Source: an uncultured archaeon
GTDB lineage: Archaea; Altiarchaeota; Altiarchaeia; JAFGQM01
Direction: 5' to 3'
Assembly: GCA_964619365.1 (NCBI GenBank)
Contig: CAZUDQ010000001.1
Coordinates: 118,503 to 182,502 of the forward strand
DNA: 64,000 nucleotides
Both the position numbers and the translations under genes were made by a program. This document shows positions 29,281 through 38,484 of this stretch, one piece after another; within the stretch, counting starts at the first letter, position 1, and each line of letters begins with the position of its first letter. The notes under the pieces are model-generated. The model was not told the origin of the DNA, made no database searches, and saw only the letters and a program-made list of their open reading frames with translations.

Positions 29281-29616
29281 TTATTTACGTTTTGCGATTA
29301 TCTCAAGTACCTTATCAACCATCTCTGTTTCAGGAGGTTTTCGTTCTTTTGCAAAAAAAGCGCGTAACTCGTCCCGTGTGTCGGGCATGCAATTTATTAT
29401 TTCAATTGCCTTTTCTTTATTTAGTCCGAGCTCTGTCATCTCTTTTTTCATTGCCTGAGCGTCTTTTACAGATACTTTTGCTGCATGCTGGGCATGCTCT
29501 AAAGCCTTCTTCTGCACGTATTCGAGCTCTTCTTTCTCCTTTGAGATATCTGTCAGAAGCTTTTTAACTTCGGCTACTGAAACAGGGTCCTCGGAATAGA
29601 ATTCCTTTGAGTTCAT
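29281..29616 (-). CDS. rpoF: DNA-directed RNA polymerase subunit F (Rpo4/RpoF)
   Basis: 111-aa acidic helical protein immediately downstream of L21e on the same strand, the conserved archaeal arrangement. HRDC-like C-terminal helices. Confidence 0.6.
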   Translation of the reverse strand: MNSKEFYSEDPVSVAEVKKLLTDISKEKEELEYVQKKALEHAQHAAKVSVKDAQAMKKEMTELGLNKEKAIEIINCMPDTRDELRAFFAKERKPPETEMVDKVLEIIAKRK

Positions 29617-29629
29617 CTTATTATAAAGA

Positions 29630-29923
29630 TTAGTTTACCTTTGCCCTCTTAAGGTGTGCTGAAGAGGTCACAGATGTCTTTTTCTTACCGCCGTCCTTTA
29701 TCTCGACTTCATAACAATCACCACGGATAACCTTGACTTCGCCCTCTTTACCCTGCCATCTTGGGTGGGGCATTGCATCCTGCGTGCTTGAATCTATGTC
29801 GATTATGACGCGGTCGCCAACTTCGAAAGTCTCAAGAAGCTGGTTTACTGTTGTCCTCTCCCTGTGCCTGGAGAGCTTGTTGCGGTTGTGGCGTCCACCT
29901 TTACCGCTGTTTCTGCTTACCAT
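29630..29923 (-). CDS. rpl21e: 50S ribosomal protein L21e
   Basis: MVSRNSGKGGRHNRNKLSRHRERTTVNQLLETFEVGDRV... is typical L21e. The ORF-track start at 30118 adds 65 implausible residues; the internal Met at 29923 fits. Confidence 0.8.
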   Translation of the reverse strand: MVSRNSGKGGRHNRNKLSRHRERTTVNQLLETFEVGDRVIIDIDSSTQDAMPHPRWQGKEGEVKVIRGDCYEVEIKDGGKKKTSVTSSAHLKRAKVN

Positions 29924-30076
29924 TTTTAATATTTTTAATCTAAGAACGATTATCCCCGACAAAGCGGTAAATCGCAAATAAACTCCTGTAAGTTTGCGTA
30001 TATTTTGAAGAGAGTCGTACAAAAAGGCAACTATTTGCCTCAAAATCAAAGTCCAGCGATAAAAATAGCGTATAAG

Positions 30077-30152
30077 AAGGCGCCCGAGAAAATAGAATTG
30101 CTGTGTTGGGGGGTCCAATCAAGAGACTTTTTCGTGATAGGACGGGCGCCTT
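30077..30152. promoter_or_regulatory. 10-bp perfect inverted repeat (aaggcgcccg ... cgggcgcctt) flanking 56 nt in the 285-bp rpl21e / P-type ATPase divergent intergenic region; candidate structured RNA or regulatory palindrome
   Basis: Read directly from the sequence. This is the longest non-coding gap in the window and lies upstream of the cation pump gene. Confidence 0.3.
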
Positions 30153-30249
30153 TTAGAGGGATTAACTTGTATTTCAATGGGAGATATTATAAAAATGCAG
30201 TTATATCTTTGTGATTATTCTTATATTGCTATTTGTAATCTATAAGAGT

Positions 30250-32952
30250 ATGCCTCCTTATTATTCAGTTGACGGAAAAGACGCGATAAAATCCCTAAAT
30301 AGTTCAGAAAAGGGTTTAACTGGAGGCGAAGCCACAAAAAGGCTTGAAAAATACGGTCCAAACGAACTGAAAAAAGAGGGTGGCATCCCTATCTGGAAGC
30401 TCTTTTTAGCGCAGTTTAAAAGCATACTCATTATAGTCCTTATAATAGCTGCTGTCGTCTCTTTTATAATTGATTTAGAAGAAGGAAAAGAGCCTATAGA
30501 CACAATAGTCATAACAATAATTGTGGTACTAAACGCCGTAATCGGCTTTGTGCAGGAATATAAGGCCGAAAAAAGCCTTGACGCCCTTAAGGCGCTTGTC
30601 AGCGCTCAGGCAAAAGTAATGCGCGAGGGGCACGAGATAAAAGTCTCTACAAGCGAGCTTGTTCCCGGCGACATAATACTTCTTGAGGCTGGTGACAAAG
30701 TTCCTTCCGACGGAAGAATCATAAGCGCACTTGACTTAAGGGTTGATGAAGCGGCCTTGACTGGAGAATCCCTTCCTGTTGAAAAAAGCACAAAAAAGTT
30801 TCCTATAAAGACAGTTCTTGCAGACAGGCTCTCCATGGTTTATTCCGGGACAGTAATCGTATATGGCAAGGCAACAGTCCTTGTCACGGCAACGGGAATG
30901 GAAACCGAACTTGGAAAGATAGCAAGTCTTGTTCAGGAAACAAGTGTTGAAGAAACCCCGCTTCAGGCAAGACTCGACAAAGTCGGAAAACAGCTTGCAG
31001 TAATGGTCCTTATTGTCTGTGTCGTTGTCTTTGCAACAGAAGTCCTAAAGAACGGAAGTGGTGAGATCATGGAGTTTTTCCTTGTTGCTGTTGCCCTGGC
31101 CGTTGCCGCAATCCCTGAAGGCCTGCCCGCAGTTGTCACAATGGCTCTTGCCCTTGGAACGCAGCGCATGGTCAAAAGAAAGGCGATAATAAGGAAGCTT
31201 CCGGCAGTTGAGACGCTTGGCTCCTGTGATGTTATCTGCAGTGATAAGACCGGGACATTTACTAAAAACGAGATGACCGTGCGAAAAATAGCGTACAATA
31301 ATCGTGAAATAAATGTTTCTGGCTCAGGATATGAACCAAAAGGGGACTTCAGTGAAAATGGAAAGCTTATTGATGTTTCGCGTGACGCGACCCTAATGTC
31401 CCTTCTTCGTGGAAGTGTGCTTTGCAACAACGCAAGCCTTGAGTCCGGAGGCATTGGAGACCCAACAGAAATCGCTCTTATAACCCTTGGAGGAAAAGCT
31501 GGAATTATTCAGGAAAGCGCAACGTCTGAATTCCCGCGGGAAAAAGAGGTTCAATTCGATTCTGAAAGAAAGCGCATGTCAACAGTAAACAAGATAGACG
31601 GCAAGGAAATGGTATATTGTAAAGGCGCAACAGAAATCATTTTGGATTTGTGTGACAGCGTCTTTGCCCGGGGCAAGAAAATAAAACTTGACGCGGCTGG
31701 GAAAAGAAAGCTCTTGGAAAAGAATGATGTCATGGCAAGTGATGCCCTCCGCGTCCTTGGAATAGCTACAAAGGAGCTAAAAAAGAAGGGTGAGGCTATT
31801 GAAACGGGTTTAACTTTCCTTGGAATGATTGGAATGATTGACCCGCCGCGCGAAGAAGTGAAGGGCGCAATATCATTATGTAAAGAGGCTGGAATCGCAG
31901 TTAAGATGATAACGGGAGACCACGCGATAACAGCAAGTGCCATTGCCCGCGAGATTGGTCTGCCAAAGGGTGAAACTGTTACCGGGACTGAACTGGAGTC
32001 TATGAGTGAGCCTGAGCTTGAAAAAAGAGTCGAATCAATAACAGTATTTGCAAGAGTGAACCCGGAGCATAAACTTAGAATTGTTGCGGCTCTAAAAAAG
32101 AACGGACATATTGTTGCAATGACGGGAGATGGAGTAAATGACGCTCCGGCCCTAAAGAAAGCTGATATCGGGATTGCGATGGGGATAAGCGGGACTGAAG
32201 TAACTAAGGAAGCTGCTGCAATGGTTCTTGCTGATGACAATTTTGCAACGATAGTCTCTGCTGTTGAAGAAGGGCGCGGTATTTATGACAACATCAAAAA
32301 ATTCATCTGTTTCTTACTCTCATCAAATTCCGGAGAGGTAATGTCTCTTTTCTTTGGAATATTGCTTTTCCCTCTTGTAGGCCCGTTTATCTCGGCAATA
32401 CAAATTCTTTGGATAAACTTGATAACAGACGGCGCGCCGGCTCTTGCCCTGGGTGTCGACCCAAAACCAAAAGACCTTATGAAAAGAGCCCCACGGAATC
32501 CAAAGGAGAGCATATTCTCAGGCATCATGCTGCGGACAATACTTTTGACGGGAATCGTACTTGCAGTGGGTACTCTTGGAGTCTATTATGCTTATAACCC
32601 TCTTTTTGTAGGTGAAGGCGAGATTGCACTTAAGGCGTCAACCATGGCATTTAGCGTGCTTGTAATGTTCCAGCTAGTCAATGTCTTTAACTGCAAGACT
32701 GAAAAAGAATCTTTGTTTTCTTCCCACCCCTTTAACAACAAGTGGCTCATCCTTGCAGTTATTGTCGGAATTGTACTTCAATGCCTCATAATCTACGTGC
32801 CGTTTTTGGCTGAAGCATTTGGAACGGTGCCACTCTCAGTTTTTGACTGGGGAGTCATTTTTGGGGTGGCACTTAGCGTACTTGTTGTAATTGAGATTTA
32901 TAAGGCCTTTGAGAGATGGCATGATAAGAACCTACATGCAACTTGCCGCTAA
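30250..32952 (+). CDS. Cation-transporting P-type ATPase (type II, SERCA/PMCA-like Ca2+ or cation pump)
   Basis: CSDKTGTFT phosphorylation motif, TGES, PEGLP, MITGD, GDGVNDAPALKKADIGIAMG. The more likely start is MPPYYSV... at 30250. Confidence 0.85.
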   Translation: MPPYYSVDGKDAIKSLNSSEKGLTGGEATKRLEKYGPNELKKEGGIPIWKLFLAQFKSILIIVLIIAAVVSFIIDLEEGKEPIDTIVITIIVVLNAVIGFVQEYKAEKSLDALKALVSAQAKVMREGHEIKVSTSELVPGDIILLEAGDKVPSDGRIISALDLRVDEAALTGESLPVEKSTKKFPIKTVLADRLSMVYSGTVIVYGKATVLVTATGMETELGKIASLVQETSVEETPLQARLDKVGKQLAVMVLIVCVVVFATEVLKNGSGEIMEFFLVAVALAVAAIPEGLPAVVTMALALGTQRMVKRKAIIRKLPAVETLGSCDVICSDKTGTFTKNEMTVRKIAYNNREINVSGSGYEPKGDFSENGKLIDVSRDATLMSLLRGSVLCNNASLESGGIGDPTEIALITLGGKAGIIQESATSEFPREKEVQFDSERKRMSTVNKIDGKEMVYCKGATEIILDLCDSVFARGKKIKLDAAGKRKLLEKNDVMASDALRVLGIATKELKKKGEAIETGLTFLGMIGMIDPPREEVKGAISLCKEAGIAVKMITGDHAITASAIAREIGLPKGETVTGTELESMSEPELEKRVESITVFARVNPEHKLRIVAALKKNGHIVAMTGDGVNDAPALKKADIGIAMGISGTEVTKEAAAMVLADDNFATIVSAVEEGRGIYDNIKKFICFLLSSNSGEVMSLFFGILLFPLVGPFISAIQILWINLITDGAPALALGVDPKPKDLMKRAPRNPKESIFSGIMLRTILLTGIVLAVGTLGVYYAYNPLFVGEGEIALKASTMAFSVLVMFQLVNVFNCKTEKESLFSSHPFNNKWLILAVIVGIVLQCLIIYVPFLAEAFGTVPLSVFDWGVIFGVALSVLVVIEIYKAFERWHDKNLHATCR

Positions 32953-32998
32953 AGCTTAGCTTAAGAAACCTAGAATTAAACAAAAGAAATAAATGAGT

Positions 32999-33550
32999 TT
33001 ATGAGACGTCTGTGTCGTCTTCTGTTGGTTCTTTTAAAACCACAGTTTCAATTGTGCACTTGCCTGGAAGCTTAGCGTTTGCCTTCCTTAAGGCTTCTCT
33101 TGCCACAGCTTCTTTTTCGCGCGGGATTTCAACTGAAAACACCGCTTGACCTACGTTAACGCGCGCAGCTTTGCCAACAGGTTTTCCAAATGACTCACGC
33201 ATACCGCTCTGAACACGGTCTGCCCCGGCTCCTGTTGCCATTTTGTTCTCCCTCATTACGTGGTGAGGGTAAACGTGAAGCTTGAAATGGAAACTGTTCT
33301 TACCTAATGCTTTTTCCAGACAACGAACAGCTGTCTGACGTGCTGCTTCAAGAGCGTTGTGGCGCATTTGAATCCGTTCTATACAAACAAGCTCTACGCG
33401 AATATCCCAGTCGCCGTTAAGCTCGCCCATGTCGAATTTTGTTATCTTGATACCAGGAATACCTGTGATAAACGAAGTTGATGGATTTTTTGAAACCCTT
33501 GTATATGGCTGACTGTCCCAATGGTAACAGTGAGCTCGTCTAAGACCCAT
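32999..33550 (-). CDS. rpl10e: 50S ribosomal protein L10e (uL16)
   Basis: MGLRRAHCYHWDSQPYTRVS...GDWDIRVELV, a full-length L10e match. Confidence 0.85.
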   Translation of the reverse strand: MGLRRAHCYHWDSQPYTRVSKNPSTSFITGIPGIKITKFDMGELNGDWDIRVELVCIERIQMRHNALEAARQTAVRCLEKALGKNSFHFKLHVYPHHVMRENKMATGAGADRVQSGMRESFGKPVGKAARVNVGQAVFSVEIPREKEAVAREALRKANAKLPGKCTIETVVLKEPTEDDTDVS

Positions 33551-33694
33551 TTTATAGATTTATTAATATTACAAGTAAAAATTGTGCCTTTTTAGAACTT
33601 GATAGTATAAAAAGGTTTGGGAATGTCTTTTCCCTAAGTAGTTTTTGTTTAGAAATATATAAAATTAAGAGGAGCTTTTTTTCAAGGGAAGAAT

Positions 33695-34765
33695 ATGATA
33701 CCTATTGCAAAACCACTTATTGGCCAGGAGGAAAAATCAGCCGTAAATGATGTCCTAAATTCCGGCATGATTGCAGAAGGGCCAAGGGTAAAAGAATTTG
33801 AAGAGAATTTCGCGGAGTTCTGTGGGACAAAACACGCAGTTGCGGTTAATTCGGGGACTGCTGCACTTCATGTAGCGCTCATGGCAGCGGGAATAAAGCC
33901 AGGTGATGAAGTCATAACAACACCGTTTAGCTTCATTGCAACAGGGAATTCTATTCTTATGGCGGGCGCAAAACCCGTCTTTTGCGATATTGATTCAAAA
34001 ACCTTCAACATCAGCCCAGAAAGCATTAAAGAGGCCATAAGCGACAAAACCAGGGCAATAATGCCTGTGCATCTTTTTGGGCAGTGTGCTGACATGAGTG
34101 CAATTAATGAAATCGCGCAAGACTCGGGTGTGCGAGTCATCGAAGACGCCTGTCAAGCACACGCTGCGGAGTGGAAAGGAGTAAAAGCGGGCGCTCTTGG
34201 AGATGTTGCCGGCTTCTCATTTTACCCGACAAAGAATATGACGACTTCAGAAGGTGGTATGGTTACGACAAACGATGATAAAATAGCCAAGATGTCAAGA
34301 ATATACCGCAATCACGGAATGGCACGCAGGTATTACCACGATTACATGGGCTTTAACTACCGGATGACAGATATCTGCGCTGCAATCGGTCTTGCTCAAC
34401 TAAGAAAGCTTGACGGCTTTACAAAAAAGCGCCGCGATAATGCAAATTATCTTGATAATAATCTAAACGGTGTTGTAACTCCATATGTCTCGCCTGATGC
34501 AAAGCATGTTTACCACCAGTACACAATAATGGTGGAGAATCGCGATACTGTTATCGAAAAACTAAAGGAAGCCGAAATCGGTTGCGGGGTGTATTATCCT
34601 GTTCCGATAAACGAGCAGACTTATTACAAAGAACTTGGATATTCTACACAAAGCACGCCAAACTCAAATGATGTCGCAAAAAAGGTTCTTTCACTTCCAG
34701 TTCATCCGTCTGTTACAGAAGACAATCTTAAGCTAATTGCAAATACGCTAAATAATATAGCATAA
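33695..34765 (+). CDS. wbpE: DegT/DnrJ/EryC1 PLP-dependent sugar aminotransferase (WbpE-like, UDP-2-acetamido-3-amino-uronate forming)
   Basis: DegT-family motifs (FCGTKHAVAVNSGTAALH, PLP-Lys context SFYPTKNMTTSEGG). Sits in an operon with WbpB/WbpA/WbpD homologs. Confidence 0.8.
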   Translation: MIPIAKPLIGQEEKSAVNDVLNSGMIAEGPRVKEFEENFAEFCGTKHAVAVNSGTAALHVALMAAGIKPGDEVITTPFSFIATGNSILMAGAKPVFCDIDSKTFNISPESIKEAISDKTRAIMPVHLFGQCADMSAINEIAQDSGVRVIEDACQAHAAEWKGVKAGALGDVAGFSFYPTKNMTTSEGGMVTTNDDKIAKMSRIYRNHGMARRYYHDYMGFNYRMTDICAAIGLAQLRKLDGFTKKRRDNANYLDNNLNGVVTPYVSPDAKHVYHQYTIMVENRDTVIEKLKEAEIGCGVYYPVPINEQTYYKELGYSTQSTPNSNDVAKKVLSLPVHPSVTEDNLKLIANTLNNIA

Positions 34766-34766
34766 A

Positions 34767-35390
34767 ATGAGGATATTATTACTTTCGCCACACACTGATG
34801 ATGTAGAACTTGGAGCTGGGGCAAGTGTCTCGCGTTTTGTCCGTGAGGGTCATGAGATAAAATGGATTGCATTCTCAAGTTGCGAGTCTTCACTACCTTC
34901 AGGTTTTGCTAAAGGTCAATTGAGGGGTGAGTTCGAAGAATCTGCAAAGGTTTTGGGCATTAAAGATATTACTTGTATGGACTTTTCTAACAGGACGTTT
35001 TTGGGTGGGCGCCAAAAGATACTCGATAAATTAATCGAAGTAAAAAAGGACTTTTCTCCGGAACTTATACTCTGCCCTTCGCGTTCTGATTTACATCAGG
35101 ATCACCAAGTTGTCTTTGAGGAAGCTTTTCGCGCATTTAAAAAAAGTTCGAGCATACTCGGGTATGAGGAGCCCTGGAATAATCTTGAATTCAAACCTTC
35201 TTTTTTCCAAAAGGTGACTGAAGAGGACATGAACAAAAAGTTGCTTGCATTATCAAAATACGAGACGCAAGGGACTCTCTCTCGCAATTACTTCGACGAA
35301 GATTTCATAAAGGGTCTTGGGCGCGTTCGTGGCGTACAGTGTAATTCACTATTTGCAGAGGCCTTTGAAGTATATAGATGGATTCAATAA
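34767..35390 (+). CDS. PIG-L/LmbE family N-acetylglucosaminyl deacetylase
   Basis: LSPHTDDVELGAG (HxDD-type zinc motif) and downstream HQDH. Confidence 0.7.
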   Translation: MRILLLSPHTDDVELGAGASVSRFVREGHEIKWIAFSSCESSLPSGFAKGQLRGEFEESAKVLGIKDITCMDFSNRTFLGGRQKILDKLIEVKKDFSPELILCPSRSDLHQDHQVVFEEAFRAFKKSSSILGYEEPWNNLEFKPSFFQKVTEEDMNKKLLALSKYETQGTLSRNYFDEDFIKGLGRVRGVQCNSLFAEAFEVYRWIQ

Positions 35391-36442
35391 CAGTTCTTGT
35401 AACAGGGGCGGGAGCGCCGGGCATTGCCGGGACGATATACTCACTTAAGAACAACCCTGACAACCGCAGTATCCGCATAGTAGGTGTTGATATGAAAGAA
35501 GACGTTGTTGGAAAATACCTCTGCGACGCTTTTTTTAAGATTCCTGCACCTTCTGAACGAGGTTATCTGGACACAGTTATACGAATCTGTGACAATGAAG
35601 GTGTTGATGTCATTTTACCTCAGACTACAAACGAACTTTATCCTCTTTCACAAGGAAAAGAGGCTCTGGAAAAAGCTGGAATAAAACTTGCTCTTTCAAA
35701 CGCGGATGCAATCGAAAAAAGTAACGATAAATACGAGCTTTTTAAGCTCTGTGAAAAGCTTGGCGTGCCTGTGCCAAAATACGCTCTTGTAAGTGATTTT
35801 GAGTCTCTCATGTCTTTTGCAGGCAAGCTAGGCTTTCCAAATAAGCCTTTTGTCATAAAACCGCCTGTTGCAAGCGGTATGCGGGGCCTTAGGATTGTGG
35901 ACGATGAAAAATCGCTTAAAGAAATGTTTTATGATGAAAAGCCAAATGGCGCGTATTGCAGAAGCGAACAACTGCGAACAACACTTGGCGAAAAGTTCCC
36001 GCCGCTTCTTGTTATGGAATACCTTCCTGGTGATGAGTACTCTGTTGACTGCTTTAGGGGAGAAAGCAAGAATGTTGCTATTCCACGAAAACGGGATCTC
36101 ATAAGAACGGGAATCACATTTAACGGAACGCTTGAAGAAAGAAAAGATATCATTGAGTGGTCCACTAAACTCGCTGAAGAAATTGGTCTTGAGTACTGCT
36201 TTGGGTTTCAGTATAAGCTTGACGAAAAGGGAGTGCCAAAGATGCTTGAAAGCAATCCACGAGTCCAGGGGACTATGGTTGCCGCAACAATTGGTGGGGC
36301 AAATGTCATATACGCTTCAATACTTCTTGGGCTGGGTGAAAGAGCACCGGAGTTTAACATAAAGTGGGGTGCGAGGATAATGAGATATTGGGGAGGTATT
36401 GGCAGCCTTGATGACAAACGAATAGCCGACATTCTAGTATGA
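35378..36442 (+). CDS. ATP-grasp domain ligase (carboxylate-amine ligase type)
   Basis: FVIKPPVASGMRGLRIV, EYLPGDEYSVDCF and the general ATP-grasp B/C-domain layout. Confidence 0.7.
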   Translation: MDSITVLVTGAGAPGIAGTIYSLKNNPDNRSIRIVGVDMKEDVVGKYLCDAFFKIPAPSERGYLDTVIRICDNEGVDVILPQTTNELYPLSQGKEALEKAGIKLALSNADAIEKSNDKYELFKLCEKLGVPVPKYALVSDFESLMSFAGKLGFPNKPFVIKPPVASGMRGLRIVDDEKSLKEMFYDEKPNGAYCRSEQLRTTLGEKFPPLLVMEYLPGDEYSVDCFRGESKNVAIPRKRDLIRTGITFNGTLEERKDIIEWSTKLAEEIGLEYCFGFQYKLDEKGVPKMLESNPRVQGTMVAATIGGANVIYASILLGLGERAPEFNIKWGARIMRYWGGIGSLDDKRIADILV

Positions 36443-37050
36443 AATCTTGGGAAAAATATCAGGGCCTTCTAATGACGGGAAACTGGCACGTCCACAGCAA
36501 TTATACTGATGGGCAGGATTCTGTGCTTCGTATGTGCGATGCTGCAGTTGGCGCCAGGCTCCCACTTCTTGCGTTTACAGAACACGTAAGAAAAGAACTC
36601 TCTTATGATTTTGACGCTTTTTTGTCTGATCTAAAATCAGTAAGAGCCGCGTTCCCGGAAATTGTTATTTTAAGTGGGTGTGAAGCAAAAATTCTTCCTG
36701 GGGGGGACATAGATGCTCCACCGGAACTGATAAAAACTGTTGATTATCCCATAGTTTCTTTCCATTCTTTTGAGGGTGGTCGGGACGAGTATCTTGAAGC
36801 CCTAAAAAAGGCAGTAAACGTTCCTGAGGTATGTGCATGGGGGCATCCTGGGGCTCTAGCAGAAAAAAGAGCTTTTGAGTTTTCTGATGAAGAATTAAAT
36901 GAAGTTTTTGGTATTATGGCAAAAAACAAGGTTCTTTTAGAATCAAACGAAAAATATGGGGTGCCAAAAAAGGACTGGGAAGACCTTGCTGTAAATGCGG
37001 GAGTCAGCTTGGTTCGGGGCCGCGATTCCCATTCTACAGGAGACATTTAG
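36439..37050 (+). CDS. PHP-domain phosphoesterase
   Basis: [13 protein letters not shown]...FTEHV metal-binding His/Asp pattern of PHP (polymerase/histidinol-phosphatase) domains. Confidence 0.5.
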   Translation: MKSWEKYQGLLMTGNWHVHSNYTDGQDSVLRMCDAAVGARLPLLAFTEHVRKELSYDFDAFLSDLKSVRAAFPEIVILSGCEAKILPGGDIDAPPELIKTVDYPIVSFHSFEGGRDEYLEALKKAVNVPEVCAWGHPGALAEKRAFEFSDEELNEVFGIMAKNKVLLESNEKYGVPKKDWEDLAVNAGVSLVRGRDSHSTGDI

Positions 37051-37055
37051 AAAAG

Positions 37056-37553
37056 ATGGTAAAAATCCATGAGAGTGCAGAAGTCTCAGAAAAGGCGAAA
37101 ATCGGTGAAGGAACAAGTATATGGCATCAAGCTCAAGTTCGTGAGAATGCAGTAATCGGAAAGGACTGTAATATTGGAAAGGGCGTCTATATAGACTCTG
37201 GTGTAAAAATCGGGGACGCCTGCAAAATCCAGAATTATGTTTCAGTCTATCACGGTGTTGAGATAGAAGATGACGTATTTGTCGGACCGTCGGCAACATT
37301 CACAAACGACTTTAGGCCTCGCGCATTCATCTGGAATGAAGAAAAGGTTGGGAAGACACTTGTCAAAAAAGGCGCATCAATCGGAGCGAATTCCACAATA
37401 GTCTGTGGTGTTGAGATTGGAGAATATGCTATGGTCGGTGCGGGAAGCGTTGTTACAAAAGACGTTCCACCTTTTGGGCTTGTCTATGGAAACCCTGCAA
37501 AGCTGTGCGGGAAGGTAAATAAAGAAGGTGAAGTAATTGAAAGATATGATTAA
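37056..37553 (+). CDS. wbpD: Hexapeptide-repeat (LbH) sugar N-acetyltransferase (WbpD-like)
   Basis: Repeated [LIV]G-x4 hexapeptides ([25 protein letters not shown]...). Adjacent to WbpB/WbpA homologs. Confidence 0.75.
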   Translation: MVKIHESAEVSEKAKIGEGTSIWHQAQVRENAVIGKDCNIGKGVYIDSGVKIGDACKIQNYVSVYHGVEIEDDVFVGPSATFTNDFRPRAFIWNEEKVGKTLVKKGASIGANSTIVCGVEIGEYAMVGAGSVVTKDVPPFGLVYGNPAKLCGKVNKEGEVIERYD

Positions 37554-38484
37554 AGCGGCAGTTATCGGTGTCGGTAACATGGGTAAGCATCACGCCCGAG
37601 TTTATTCAGAATTAAAGGACTGCGCGCTTGTAGCAGTTGTTGATAAGAACGAAAAAGCGGCAAAGGAAGTCGCAACACAATTTGACTGTGATTATTATAC
37701 TGATGTATCAGACATTATTGGAAAGGTAGACTGCGCGAGTGTTGTAGTACCAACCTTCCTGCACAGGGATGTCGCAATCACTCTTCTTGAAAACGGGATT
37801 GATGTGCTTCTTGAAAAGCCTATTGCAATGTCAACAGGGGAAGCTGATGAAATAATACGTTGCGCCGAGGAAAACGGGAGAATACTACAAATTGGACATA
37901 TAGAGCGCTTCAACCCGGCAATAATTGCAGCAAGAGACGAAATTAACGATAACCCGATAGCTCTTGAAGCAAATCGTATTGGACCTTCTGGAGGTCGCAT
38001 ATCTGATTGTGGCGTTATCTTAGACCTTATGATCCATGACGTGGATTTGATTTTAAGTCTTGTCGATTCGGCGGTCAAAGATGTTTATGCGAGCTCAAAA
38101 ACAATGTCGGGAAAGCATGAAGATTACGCAAAGGCTCTCCTCACTTTTGAAAACGGGACTATTGCAAGTGTTTGTGCCAGCAGGATAAGCCAAAAGAGGG
38201 AAAGAACGCTTAACATCACACTTCCGGATAAGTATTTATGTGTTGACTGCATGTCAAAATCACTTTCCATACACAAACAAGGCAAATACGAAAAGGAAGA
38301 TGGCGTCACCAGTTTCAGTGACATTGTAGAACGTCCACTTATCAGGCAAAGTGAACCCTTAAAGCTTGAACTTGAAAGTTTCTTGTCATGTGTCAGAGAA
38401 AGGACCGTGCCTGTTGTGACGGGTGCCCAGGGAAAACTAGCACTTGAGATTGTAGAAGGGATTTTAGAGGCGGCAAATGGGTGA
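37537..38484 (+). CDS. wbpB: Gfo/Idh/MocA family oxidoreductase (WbpB-like UDP-GlcNAcA 3-dehydrogenase)
   Basis: N-terminal Rossmann [15 protein letters not shown] motif (LLEKPIAMS), ~315 aa. Confidence 0.8.
   Translation: MKDMIKAAVIGVGNMGKHHARVYSELKDCALVAVVDKNEKAAKEVATQFDCDYYTDVSDIIGKVDCASVVVPTFLHRDVAITLLENGIDVLLEKPIAMSTGEADEIIRCAEENGRILQIGHIERFNPAIIAARDEINDNPIALEANRIGPSGGRISDCGVILDLMIHDVDLILSLVDSAVKDVYASSKTMSGKHEDYAKALLTFENGTIASVCASRISQKRERTLNITLPDKYLCVDCMSKSLSIHKQGKYEKEDGVTSFSDIVERPLIRQSEPLKLELESFLSCVRERTVPVVTGAQGKLALEIVEGILEAANG

Noticed and set aside
29926-30076. Possible C/D-box sRNA or tRNA in the rpl21e/ATPase intergenic region
   Set aside because: No convincing C (RUGAUGA) / D (CUGA) box pair at the right spacing and no tRNA-like T-arm (GTTCRANNC). 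Only the 10-bp inverted repeat farther downstream is retained, as a low-confidence element.
31551-32240. 229-aa minus-strand ORF (and 30963-31454) within the P-type ATPase
   Set aside because: Antisense shadow ORFs. The plus-strand P-type ATPase has all canonical motifs.
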